Both the position numbers and the translations under genes were made by a program. The notes under the pieces were generated by a model. That model made no database searches, was not told where the DNA came from, and saw only the letters and a program-made list of their open reading frames with translations. From Yuukianura sp. NJ FZ-2021 (lineage: Eukaryota): DNA of 64,000 bases. The DNA is taken from assembly GCA_046563655.1 (NCBI GenBank), contig CM102289.1, forward strand, positions 8,680,001 through 8,744,000, written 5' to 3'. Each line of letters begins with the position of its first letter. Positions within the stretch are counted from its first letter, which is position 1. Shown in pieces: positions 1 to 12,642 of this stretch.

Positions 1-3000
1 TATTTAATATGTTGTACTTGGCAAATTACCTGCCACACAGAGAACGGCTCCTACCAGACTCAACCACATATTAAAATACTGCCAAATTTAAAACAAAAAC
101 AACTTTTAACATTTCATTGTTGTTTAAAAAGAGAATAAGTTTGAAATTCATTGTGCTACCTTGAACGTAGGTCGCCATCCGACTGGTTTGGCCAGACTGA
201 CATGAAAGGTACTGAAGTTTACGAGGGCATAGGCCGCCAACTACCATCACAAATCACAAAATTTACGTTTTTTTAAAGTATCACTTTCAACAACAAATTT
301 TGAACTAAAAACTGTAACTCACGAAAAAGTTGGATATCAAAGGAGCTATCAAATTTAGTTCCGCTAGAAAAAAAAATACAAAGCATTTAAATACATGGTC
401 TGACAAGTTTCAGTTCCCAATGCTTGCATCTCTTCTGACTTACCAATAAGAATAAATCCTGTAATAAAAGTCGAAATGAATTAATTCTCAACATGAGTTT
501 TCAAAAAATCAATTTTTTTTTAAAAATGGGTTTACCTAAAGCAATGATAAATGTCAAAATGTATCCTCGAACTGGTTCATTGTTTTTTCCATAACCTTTT
601 CCAAATCCTTCAATGTACGGATACAATTTGTCGTTGCAAAGTGCTTGAAACACTTTTGGTGCCGACACGAATGACGCAAGCGCAGAACTCAACGTAGCAG
701 CAAAGCATCCTGTTTCAAAATTTCCAAAGAATCAGCCATTTTCAAAAGAAGTGTAAGTTTTTTGGAAACAAAGTAATCACAGCATGTAAATGTTGTACAG
801 TGGAGTCTCTAAATAAGGGAAAAAATCACTATTGGAGGATTGGTAGTAGGAGCCTCCCCCAGTAAGATTTCTGGTAAACGGTCAGTTTCTGCGCTGTTGC
901 GCAGTTTCTGCGCTGTTGCGCACAAACTGCGCAACAAACTGCGCAAGAGGCGGAGCTCCTGTCCCTTATTTAGAGAATTCACTGTAGTGCCAATAATGGA
1001 TTTGACTTTACCCAAGTAAATAAGTAGTCCCCAAGCCTAGTAATTAAAAATGTCAATAATTATAGGCTTATGTTACACAACCATAAAATAACATACTAAT
1101 AGCAATGTAATAACATTGCATAATAGCATGATATTGACACTGAACGTCAAAAACCTACAGAAACGAGTTCCATAACTTGGAAGTTGTTCATGAGCCCCCA
1201 CTCGGTACACAAGTTCTCTTGTGTTCCGCTTGTTTCGTTGTAGGTGTAGCAGTTCCGGAATTCCGCCATCGTCGTGTCCCAGTCTTCTGGATCAGTCAAA
1301 TTTGAAGGCCCAATGGCATCTCTTACAACTGGAACAAAATTTACACAAAATTACAAAGTTAATCAATGAAACTTAATTAAAGTAATTAAAAATCAAAATA
1401 TTTGGATTTTGGAACCTGTAGCTCCAGCAATTAGAGCAAAGGCCAAGTAGCTTGCAGTGGTTACAAAAATAGCAAGAAGCGTCCCTTTTGGGATAGAGTA
1501 CTGCGGATCTTCCAAATTTCCTGAAATGTTTGCACTAAAAAACGAAACAAAAGTTGAAGTAAGTATATAAAATTTTGAAACTTTGCACTCTTTTTTGAAA
1601 CGCAAACTCACCCGGCCAGGATTCCAGTAGCTGCTGGAAAGAAAATTGAAAAGACAGAAAAGAAATTTTGTTCTGTGCCTTCTGTGAATCTGTAGTCAGA
1701 TGCCAAGTTTTCTACAAAAACAGAGCCTGAAATTGGGGGTTTAAAAAATTAGTTTTAAAAAAGTTGACAATTTTGAAAAAAAAAGGACAAAATTTATTGG
1801 AAACTTACTATTGTAGCCAACAAAGCCTCTACTCAGTTCGTCAGTACTAATTGGTCCAATGAAACTTCCAATCACAAAATCAACCTACCACAACAATTGT
1901 TTTAGTTAAATATTTAAATTTTTGAATTTTGAATTCGAATTTTGGTTTTTTTAATAGTTTAGAATAAAAAAAAAACTTAAATTTACCATAGCTGCTACTA
2001 GTATCACAAGCAATCCAACTTGTGCCTAAAAATTGAACAAATGTGGTAAAAATTTCCTTAATTTGAGTTTCGAAATTTTCAAAGGGCTTGAATCAAAAAC
2101 TTACCGACGCTTCCCATTCCATTCCTATAACTACTACGCAGGTCTGAAAGACAATGGCGACGGTTCCTATGATACGAACGCTATTCGTTGGATCCTCTAC
2201 GACATAAGTTCCATAACTCTTGAGCAGATCAACCATTGACTCGGCAAATCCAACAGTATACATTGCCTATGTTAAACAAATCAAAGCATTTAAAAAATTT
2301 ACAAAATTTTGACCCAATTTTCTGAAATCAACTCACAACAGCTACTGCATTTGCTAAACTAAAGATGGCGCCAATACTTGCTCCAAATTCTGGTCCCAAG
2401 CTACGACTTATCATGTAATATGTTCCACCTAGATACATTCAAACTTCCATTTCAATTTCCAGTTTTCAAATTTCATCAAACATTGCAAAAGTTTTTCGAA
2501 AAATTGAAAAAAAAAGTTGTTGAGCTTAAACTTTTTAAAAGCAAAGTTAACTCCCCGTGCGGTGTAATAAATTGAACGAAATGAGTTGAATAATTGATCA
2601 TCAAAAGTTACACACAAAACTTTCAGTGAAAGAAGAAAGTTTGTGTTAAAAAGTGAAAGCACGAAGAGCATTAAAAATTGAAAGTGTTTTGGAATTGGAA
2701 TTTGTGGTTACCTCCTTTGATTGTTCCATTGGTGCTAATAGCACTCATCGAAATTGCTGTAACACGTTAAGAATTAATCAGTTTGGCTAATAATCACCTT
2801 GTCAATCACTAAACTGTCAATTAGCAACACATTAGCAATACTTGGCAGCATTTTACCTGTTAAAAGTGTTACAGCCGTCGCCAGCATTATGATTACACAA
2901 GCCTCCACTGGAATAAATTAACAAACTAAAATTAGCAAAACATTATGCAAAGTCTATGAAATTTTTAAAATTCATGCTTAAAACAGGTCAGAACATCACA

Positions 3001-5438
3001 ACTTGCGCAACTACGGTGAAAGTTTAAGCTTTATTGATGTCGACATGTGTCAAGGTAAGCGTGTGGCATAGACGCAATTCTGCCAAAATTCAAAATCGGT
3101 GCATGTCACAGATTTGAAAAGTGATTAATTAACTTAGTCTCCCATTCTAGTACGTGTTGATGAGCTCAATAATTACTTTTAATTACGACGTGTTAAAACT
3201 GGAGCAATCAAGAATTGATTAACTCTGCAAAATTAAACCGAATTTAATTTTGTGTCCTTGGAAAAAGTCGGGCGTCACGAGCGTCATTTTTTTTTTGTCA
3301 AAAAGTTGTTCCAGGAAATTAAAAACTGTGTGGCTATTCCATCCCTCCAGAGATTTCCTTTTTGTTTTGAACTTTTTTTTTGAAATTTTGAAAAACATGG
3401 CATACCAATTCCGGCTTGTCCTACGACCCAGCTAAGACGCAGAAAAAGCATCACTCCCCAAATATTTAGCAAGCATCGGACGAAAACGCCTTTGATCCAT
3501 CCGAATTTCAGAGTTGTTCCTTCCGGCAATTGTGAATTTTCAAGAGAAGTTGGAGACTGTAATTACACAAAAAAGTTTTCTTTTTTAGAAAAATTCATAG
3601 AACAAAAGTACTTTTCTAAAAATGAAACAAGTGACAACATGATTACGAACAGGAAATTTAACAAAGACGTGAACTTGCACGCGCAGTTCCACCGTCCATT
3701 ATGCTCCACTCTAATTAATAATTGTTTTTGTTTCCTATTTAGGCCTAGCTACAAGCTCAATGTCAAAATTTTAGTTCCAAACACATTGTACTACTGTTGA
3801 ACTTGACATGTGTGACCTTTAGAACTAAAATTTAAAATAAATTTACGCTAACATTCTAGCATTCACCTACATCAATGAACATGTCACAAACTCCCGGTTG
3901 TTTATAGTAGAGATACAACAAATTACAACTCATTTTGAAATCAAAACATGAACTTTCGCTATTTTTGTCCAAATTCCGAATTGACCTAGTTGTACTATTT
4001 CGAAATTGTGAAGATCAAAGGTCAAACATGCTTCCGTTTCGTTCTCAACTAAACATTACATAACCCAAAGCTTATCGGGAATCAATCAAATTGCATCATG
4101 ATTTAATCAGTGATGGACTTAAAACCGAATCTAATAAAATATTCAAACCAAAACAAAAAATTGAAAGGACAAGACGTTAAAACTAGAAATTATTTGATTT
4201 TTCATAATACAAAATTTCTAAACAAAATTTTTGTGTGGTAAAGAATCCATTCATAAGGGATTCGACCTTTAACTGCCGCTTTTCTCCAGAAATGGATGTT
4301 GTTCAATTCATTTTCATATTGATGTTATGGAAATCAGCGTTTCTTTTGTCTTAAGTGCACTTATACCCTCAAACACGCTTCCATACTTAAACTGAAAGCC
4401 TAAAACACCAGAAGACTAAAAAAAAGCCTAAAACCTAAAGAGTCAGAAACTAAAAAAGTCAAAGGTCAAGGCTGGGTCATTGTGCATTTATCTCTCCAAG
4501 TGGAAACAGGTGGAACATCACCATACTTTTAGAATAAACTTATCGATTTGTAAGAATATGTGTTTCCCTAAACTAAAAAAAATTGAACGTAAAGCGGTCA
4601 ATTGCATGAACATCAAACCACAAACTATCCAAAATGGATCGATTTTTAGCAAAAAGTTACAACTTCACCATGTGGTTTGTACTCGCAAAAAATCAACGCC
4701 GAAAGCTTCATGTCGCCAATTTTTGTTTAAACTGCTGGACAAATTTTGTCTCATTTTGAAGCATGCAAATTTTTTGCCTGGAATGGACAGTAAATGGAAT
4801 AATTTTCGGAAAAAGCTTTCACCGAAAGAACAGTAATGAAAATAGCCTTGAATTTTGGACAAAGTATTTCGCAAAAAAACGCGGTAAAAGTGAAACTTTA
4901 GCGTGGAACAAAACAAAATTGTAATCGAGAGAAACCATTTGAGTAGAAAATGGAAACAAGTATTACCATTTCCTGATGATGAAGCGTAGCGTCATGGAGT
5001 TCCTCCAGTGTGGGACGATAGGCCGCTTGAATTGACATCATGTTTCGGTAATTTTCAAGTTTCGGTAGAGCTTCTCTTGTAAAGTGTCGAAAACTCTTAA
5101 CATATTTAGTATCGTAGTTACTCCCTCCACGCTCTTCATAAATGTCCGCAAAAGAAGTACGAGGTCGCGGGGGCTTGACCGCTTCTGGTTCACGTTCACC
5201 TTCTGTAAACAAACCGTTAAAATTATCTCAAGACTAAAAAGTTGACCTTCGACCGCCCAAAATTTGAAAATTTCTTACCGCTTTTCATTGATCCGTTTGA
5301 ATATTCCTTGTAACCGACCAGCGTCGCTGAAGGTTCGGCAGAACGAGACTGATTTTCGGCAGCAGCAACGGTCGTGTCGACACGGTTTACTTGAAACCGG
5401 TTTCGTTTGTCTCGTAAACTTAAGCTTTCCAAATCCAT
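1..5438 (-). CDS. SLC12A2: Na-K-2Cl cotransporter (SLC12/NKCC family), multi-exon, 3' part continues beyond window start
   Basis: Exon translations give NKCC signatures: [127 protein letters not shown] at 5438; first exons 5438-5279 and 5202-~4968; many short GT-AG introns. Confidence 0.93.
796..986. mobile_element. Tc1/mariner-type MITE in an NKCC intron
   Basis: TA-CAGTGGAGTCTCTAAATAAGGGA ... TCCCTTATTTAGAGAATTCACTG-TA: 23-bp inverted termini (21/23 match) flanked by TA. Internal tandem CAGTTTCTGCGCTGTTGCG x2. Confidence 0.75.
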
Positions 5439-6859
5439 GCTTGGATTTTAATTTTAGAAAGGTCAAGGTTCACTCTGGTAGTAAACCAGGCTAAAAGTTA
5501 TGGGAAACTAAAAAGCTGGAATGAAATTTCCTTCTAGTTTTTCCGAGTTTAGTAAGAACCAGTTTGAATTTTAGAATTGAAAAAGAAATTTCAGAGGAAA
5601 CGGAGCGTTAAGTTGAGAAAAAAACCGGAGGAAAAAAGAGAAGAAAAGCCGTTTTCCGCCTTCTGGAGAAAGTTAGGTTATGTTTTTCTTGGGACTTGAG
5701 TAGTTCTAAGGCATGAATGCCAAAATAACAATATGTCAGTGGAGATGTTATTGTTATTGAAAGTGACTATTTGCAATAGAAAACTTCCTGGAAGGTTTGA
5801 ATTGAACTTTCCTCGTCGACTACCCGACAAGTAATAACGTTAGGAAATGCTCTTCCGAGTCTTCCAGCAAAAGCTTCGAATGTTGAAGAAGAAAGCCTTA
5901 TGTCATAGGCCTTTTGGTTCTAATTTTGGTTCCCCAGGGAGGGAGAAAGGTCTGGATACCACAACCACTGTTACAACATGGAAGTCCGCATCATATGTCA
6001 TGCCTCCCAGTAATTATTGTTAGGCTAGGCCAAATAATCTGATCTAGTATCTATAAAAGAATAGTAGTTTCTGATTTCATATTATGTAAGGCACAGACAA
6101 AGGTAGCAAAATGTTTACAATCTAATTTTACTTGGGCAATCAATTAATGAAGCAATACAAAGTGGAACGCTAGTGGGCACTTTCACTTTCCTAATTTTAG
6201 ACAAATTTTTTGAACTTATTCTATTAAGATATACAGCATAACGTTTATAAACGTTTTTTATGTTGGGTGAGATCGCTGAGTTTATTAGAATTTTGAAAAA
6301 AATGTAGCTGACCTTTGACCTTGCTCCTCATTTGTGTGAAGAAACGGGAAGTTTGAGGGTTAGTGATTGCTACTGTAATTGTCGTAAATATAAGAAAAAT
6401 CTCAGCGTGCCCCAATTCTATTTTGTTGCGTTACCCGGCGGGAAATATTTTTTAAAAGAGACAACAGATGACAAGAAAAATCTTCCCAAAAGTCAAAAAT
6501 CAAAAGTTACTTAGTAAAAGAAATCAATGAGATAAGATAAATAATTAATTGACACTGGAGCAGTGATACTGAACTGCAAGTTCTGAATTAATAAATTGTT
6601 TAGAGGTCAATCTGTTTATCGTACCAACATCTTGGTTTTTGGAGGAGGTAAGAGGGTTGTGACTTGTGATTGGTAAAGTTATTTTAACATGTGAAATCTT
6701 TGTTAACATCGGTATCAGTGTTAGTTATTATTTGTTTTGTTAAATTTTAGGCTTATTGCTGTATCATTTTTGAACCATTATTATCGTTTCACTTTATTTG
6801 GCCATCGCTTGATCTACTCCTGTTGAATTGCCGAGAATCAATTCCAGCATAGGCGGACA

Positions 6860-7269
6860 ATGGCAATCACACTCTGGAACATATTTGAGGCCACCCTTCT
6901 TTGTTTAAATGCCGTATGCGTCCTCAATGAACAACGATTTCTGGCAAAGTGTAAGCACCATAGATTCTATAAGATTGATCGTTTCGTCTGCAACATGCTG
7001 TTAATCTTTTGAACTATTTGTTTTAGTTGGCTGGGGATTAAGGGAGACTGAACAACCTGTAGCATTTGGAGAACCGCCACAATCAAGTACAAAAACCCAG
7101 ATACTCCATTTGATGAGGTCGATTCGGACAGTTATGAAATGTAAGAAAATTAAACGTAGTTTAGTTGCATATCAGAGTGATATTGTTCTAACCGTTCATG
7201 GTTTTGTTTTTAGTTCCACTAATTTTTCTAAATGTGCTGGTGATAGTCTACAAACTAATTGCCGGATGA
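6860..7269 (+). CDS. IER3IP1: Immediate early response 3-interacting protein 1 (Yos1 family)
   Basis: Not in the ORF track. Exons 6860-6950, 7027-7140, 7214-7269 splice to MAITLWNIFEATLLCLNAVCVLNEQRFLAKFGWG...TKTQILHLMRSIRTVMKFPLIFLNVLVIVYKLIAG*, a typical Yos1 sequence. Confidence 0.92.
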
Positions 7270-7650
7270 TACGAAGCTATCAAGAATGAAACCAAGCGAC
7301 ATGAGGAAATGACAGAGAAAAAGGATTCGAATAAATCATTGATATCGACGTTACTAAATTTCTAATAACATTATTTCTGTTAATCCGTAAGATGGGTAAG
7401 ATGTAGGCAAACGTTAAGGTTGAGACGTTAAAATGATGAATTTCTTGTCAAGAAATGTTAAATCAACTCTAAAGCTAATTTACAGTTCATCGTTAGAAGT
7501 AAATTTTTACTTTACATAATTTGAAATTATTGTTTTATGTTTGATTTTTGATTTATGATTTTTATGCCCATATGTGATATGGGTGGTGACTGAAACGGAG
7601 GGAGGTTGTGAGAGTGGCTTTTAGTAGGACCGCCGCGTCAGCTGCGTTTG

Positions 7651-7660
7651 CGCCATTTTG
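7651..7660 (+). promoter_or_regulatory. YY1/Pho-like site near the putative hnRNP M start
   Basis: CGCCATTTTG in a GC-richer patch about 280 nt upstream of the ATG; motif match only. Confidence 0.3.
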
Positions 7661-7929
7661 TGTTTCCCTCTTCCTCCTTGTCCTAAAAGCGTTTACTGTA
7701 CCATAGACTATGTGGCTATACTATACTATCATTCCATGTTGTTGGTTCCAGTGTATGATTTTTGCGGCTACAGGAGTTCGTCATTTGTTGACACTTTAAT
7801 CGTGGCAATTAAGGTTATTCTAGGTCATCGATAAACTTTGGCACTACTGCAAGTTCGTTCCCGAGGGAAGTAAAGACGTGGACGACAACTTTACACTGAT
7901 CCGGGTGAAATTAACGCTACGCCGACAAT

Positions 7930-10749
7930 ATGATTAGTAAGTGAATTCTTTTTCATGGATAAGTTTCATATTCAAATTAGTTACATGTAATACTGATAGA
8001 ACGTTTTTCTAACGTTCTTTTTTGTTTAGAACAAGAACGTGGCAGGGCTCGTAATCGTACACGGAGTCGTTCGAATGATAGGGAGAGGTCGCGATCAAGA
8101 GGAAGGGTATGGAATATCAATTCAATTTTCACTATCTAGTCTATGGAGACGATTTCTCCCACCTTTGTAACAAAGTACTGTATGATTAATTGTTACTTCA
8201 ACTATTGCAGGCTCATTCTCGAGACCGACCTGCTAATGCCCGTATTGCTGATAAGCGAGTATACATCTCCAATATCCCTTATGACATGAGATGGCAAGAT
8301 TTGAAAGATCTGTTTCGTCAAGAAAGTAAGTAAAGAGGCGAGCATTGGTGGGATACACGACAATTTTTAACAATTCGGAATGATTCACACTAAATTCTTT
8401 ACTAATTTATAGTTGGAGAAGTCGCTTACGTAGAACTCTTCACCGATGAGAATGACAAACCTAGAGGATGTGGAATAATTGAATTTGAAAATACTGCTTT
8501 GGCTAAGAAGGCAATCGAGAAAATGCATCGACACGAATTGTCCGGACGAAAGATTGTCGTCAAAGAGGTGAGTAAGGTGATTTGACGTACACGATGTAAA
8601 AATTCTTTTGAAGCGCATGCCATTACCAGTGATTTGATTATGATTATGATATTACTATTAACTCCATGTTCGTAGGATTACGATGTGGAACGCGACAAAA
8701 CTGGTCGAATTGTTACCGGAGGAGGAGGTAACGCTAACACAAGACGTGAAAACAGGGAGCGGTCACCAATTCGCCTTCGTGAAAGAGAATGGGATCGAAG
8801 ACGGCCGTCCTTGTCCCCGAATTCCTCAGCAGGCTGGAAGTTTGGCAATACGTATGGTTTGAGCCAACAGTTTCTAGAAAGCTTAGGGGTCGAAGGTCCT
8901 TTAGTGTCCAGAGTCTTCGTGAGCAACGTAAGTTGAACGACTCATGTTATACCCTTCAGTGGTCCCATTTTCTTTTATCTTGTCTTGTTTTATTCTATCT
9001 GTGTAGCTGGAATTTCGAGTGGATGACAAGAAACTTCGTGAAGTGTTCCGTTTGGCTGGTCGAATTCTTACTGTTGATGTGAACAAGGATAAGGACGGAA
9101 AAAGTCGTGGTCACGGTACCATTGAATACGAACATCCCGTCGAAGCAGTACAAGCAATTTGTAAGTTTTTGTTTTCAAATTTGTTCTTCACTTCAAAGTT
9201 CAAAAGACTGGAAACCGACATAAGAGAAGACCAAAACGTTTCCTACTGCCACCAATGGTGGCATCACGTTTTGGTGGGTTTCATTGGGGCGTTTATGTGA
9301 AATTCAAAAATAGAAGTTAGGAAACGCGAGTTTTCCTAAATAGTCCAATTTATAAATTTTTGTCAATTTCAGCAATGTTCAACAACCAGGAACTCTACGA
9401 ACGTCGTATGCATGTAAGTGTTTTTAAGTTGTGCTCATGAAACAATCGACTGAACTTTCTTTTTCTTTTTTTTGCCTGTTATTAGGTGCGACTGGATCGT
9501 CTCTCTGATCCGCTGGACGAATTGCTCAAAGGACGTTACCCGGACGGTTTGAAAGGAATCGGGATGGGTTTGGGACTCAACGGACAACCTCTTATCGATG
9601 TTTCTAGTAAGTCATTGTAACCGCATAATAACATAAAGAATGTTTTAGTACAACAAACTAATTAATTATCATTCGTGAATCCTTATTTTAGAAACCCTCT
9701 CAAGCAACAACAATACAGTGAGCAATGTGACTGCTGTTCTTGGAAGTGGGCTAGGCAATGCAGCCGCGACAATGAATAACGCGGCACTGTCAAATGCAAA
9801 TACTTTGGCTGCTATGAACATGGGAGGAATGAACTTGAGCCTTGCATCAGGGCTTATGGGATCACAAGGACTCGTAAGTTCGGTTTTGTAGCTTGCACGT
9901 AAGCTGTCAGCATACTGATTGTCGATTTTCACTTGAACAGGATACAATGAGCCTTGCTGCTGCCGGCGGCACAACAAATGCTTTTGGAATGCCGCTTGGT
10001 GGATCTATGCAAAACGCTGGAGCGAATCAGTTTGGCGCTGCAATCGGAACTCCAGCGGGAAATCAGTTTACTAACCAATCTCAGCAACAGTTTGGGACAG
10101 GATCACTGGCTGGAAATCTTGCAGGAATGTCTCAGGCCAACCAGATGACCATGAATCAAATGAACATGCTTCAAAATTCTGGAGTTTCGCTTGGGTCTGC
10201 ACAACAATCTGCTGCAACAGGAACGCCTCAATTTCAAAAGTATGTAACAACGTCATAGATTTTGATTTTGTTCCGCCTGCCAACTTATTTAGACAACTGT
10301 TTGATTTTCTGAATTTTAGTATCAGCGCTGCCAGCGGTAACACTTCTGATTACGGCTACTCGACTTCTGTGTACTCAACTCCAAGTACCAATTACAACAC
10401 TGCCTATCAGAGGGAGAAGCAACAGTTCGGAAACGGCACTGGGAATACTGTAACACCTTCAAATACTTGCGTCATTACCAACGTAAGTACTCAACGATTA
10501 CATTTAAGACCACACACTTCACTGGAAAAAAAATACTAAGTTCTAATAATTTTTCAGCTCCCACCGAACATGTCGTGGCAGATGCTGAAGTCGAAGTTCC
10601 GAGAGTGTGGGGAAGTTTTGTACGCGGAAATGAAGGACAAGAACACAGGAGTTGTGCGTTTCTCCAACGAACGGGACGCTGAGCGTGCGATTAAAGTTTT
10701 TGACCAGTCTCGAGTCGACGGACGAATCGTGGACGTTCGCTTCCTCTGA
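7930..10749 (+). CDS. MYEF2: hnRNP M / myelin expression factor 2-like (rumpelstiltskin-type), 3 RRMs
   Basis: ATG 7930 in a 7-nt coding segment, RS-rich N-terminus, RRM1 [42 protein letters not shown]2 [56 protein letters not shown]3 [29 protein letters not shown] 10747-10749. Confidence 0.92.
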
Positions 10750-12642
10750 AGCTAAGCAATTTCAAACTAAAGCAAGGTAAGTATATATTTTTTGTTGTTG
10801 CTTTGGTCCATCTATATATGGCTAAGTCGCATTCGGCAAATGGTTGGAGGTTGTATTTGATTCGCCGTTTCCTGAATTCAGTGCTGCAGTAGTCAAACAT
10901 TTCCGAATCGTTTATTAGAATGCATAGGGATGTTGACTGCGCTGCATTCATAGCGAATACTTGTTTTGTTTCTGTTCAAGTTGAAGAAGTTGGGGATTGG
11001 TACTATGAAATTAATTGAAGAATTAACTGACGTCTTGTTTTTGATTCTGTTCAGCCTGTGTAGGAAAGAAGAGGTTCTTCAGCATTCAGCAACAGCGGAT
11101 GGATTTCAGAACTTCCTTTCACTTTCACACAGCCCATTTCTAAAATGTAATTTTAGGCCACAGGAGATATATTTGAAGGTTTTAGCAGAATTTACTCTTA
11201 TCAAATAGCTATTCGTTTTGTGGTTTCTATGTTTATGGAAGGATTTGTTAGGTTTTAATTGCTTTTGAGAGATCAGAATTTTAGCTGTTTCTTTAGAGGA
11301 ATATGATTCAATTTGCTCCTGTCGTTTTTTCAACAGAATTTAATCTGCTGGCTGACATTTCCAATTTCGTTTCCAAACTTCAAGTTTAAAGCAATGTATA
11401 TACAGAATTGAAAACTTTATGAAATATTTACGAATTTACTAGTAAACCATTTTTGGGATGTTCTAACTTAACGTTTTAAATCAATTTGCAAATCGCTGAT
11501 CGTCCCGTGTCGATTTGAGGCCAGGCTAGCGATAGAGCAATTTCGTTGTTTACAATCGTATTCCCAACGTTTTGAATTTCGAATTCAGCGTACCGATTTA
11601 GCGGTGACGTTTAGTTTTTACCGATGGAGTTGATGCGGGAAAACTTAAAACATGAAAGAAATGACAGGAAATTGACATTCCGTGTGAAATTGCATTCGAA
11701 TTGAAAGGACATTCGATCAGCATCCGTGAAGCCTTTGGAATTGAAGACACACGTTCCAGTGCCAGTTCCATTTTCATTACGTTCCAGTGCAAAGGAAGAT
11801 TTCGCTTCAAACTACATCGCTTTTGAAGGCTGCTGCTGAAAGGGAAAGACTTAATTGAAAATTGATCTCCTACTGAGGATTAGGATTATAACTTTCACTT
11901 CAACTCGGGGTCGGGATTCTGTGATTCGGAGTTTGTTAAGGTGGAGGTCATCGGTTATCGATATTCACAATTGAAGGTAAGCAGTTTACCATTGAAAATA
12001 ATTTGGAAGGTTGAAACTTCTCTTTCAGGGGATTTGCGGTATTAATAGTTTTGTGGAGGTCGAACTGTAAAGTCTCTGCTCTCTGCTGGTGAGTGACCTT
12101 GGGTTTGAACTTTGAAGAACCGATTCTTTTGTGTTCCTTTGGCCTTCAAAAGATTGGGTTCCTTCATCTTCTTTTGAACTTCAATTCTCAGAGGAAAAGC
12201 ACAAAGGGAGAGACATTGACCTTGGGCCTTGGGATTTCGGAGGTTGAGTTGAGCTTTTGGAGTTCCAAGTGACATTGACATTTGTTTTGGATTTCAGAAG
12301 TTCTATTTCTGGCTGGGTTCAAAATTTTATGTTATTGAAAATTCGGTCTTACAATTTAATTGTTTTTGCAGTTATCGGCTAACTCTGATTGAGTATCTGT
12401 GTGGCCTCCAAGAGCTATTACAGTTCGGGTATGATTAAATTTTTATTATCTTTTTTTAATGCTCGTCTAGTCTGGTTGCTCAAGATTTTTTGCTTTAATT
12501 CAATAGCTTCGCTTAAGATAAGCGGAACTGTTATAATTTTTAGTTGAGCTCAGTATTCTTACTGCTTAGTTCAACTACGCTTAGTTTAATTAAGTTAGTT
12601 GTGTAGGATGTTCTGTATTCCAGTCTTTGATTCACTTTCAGA

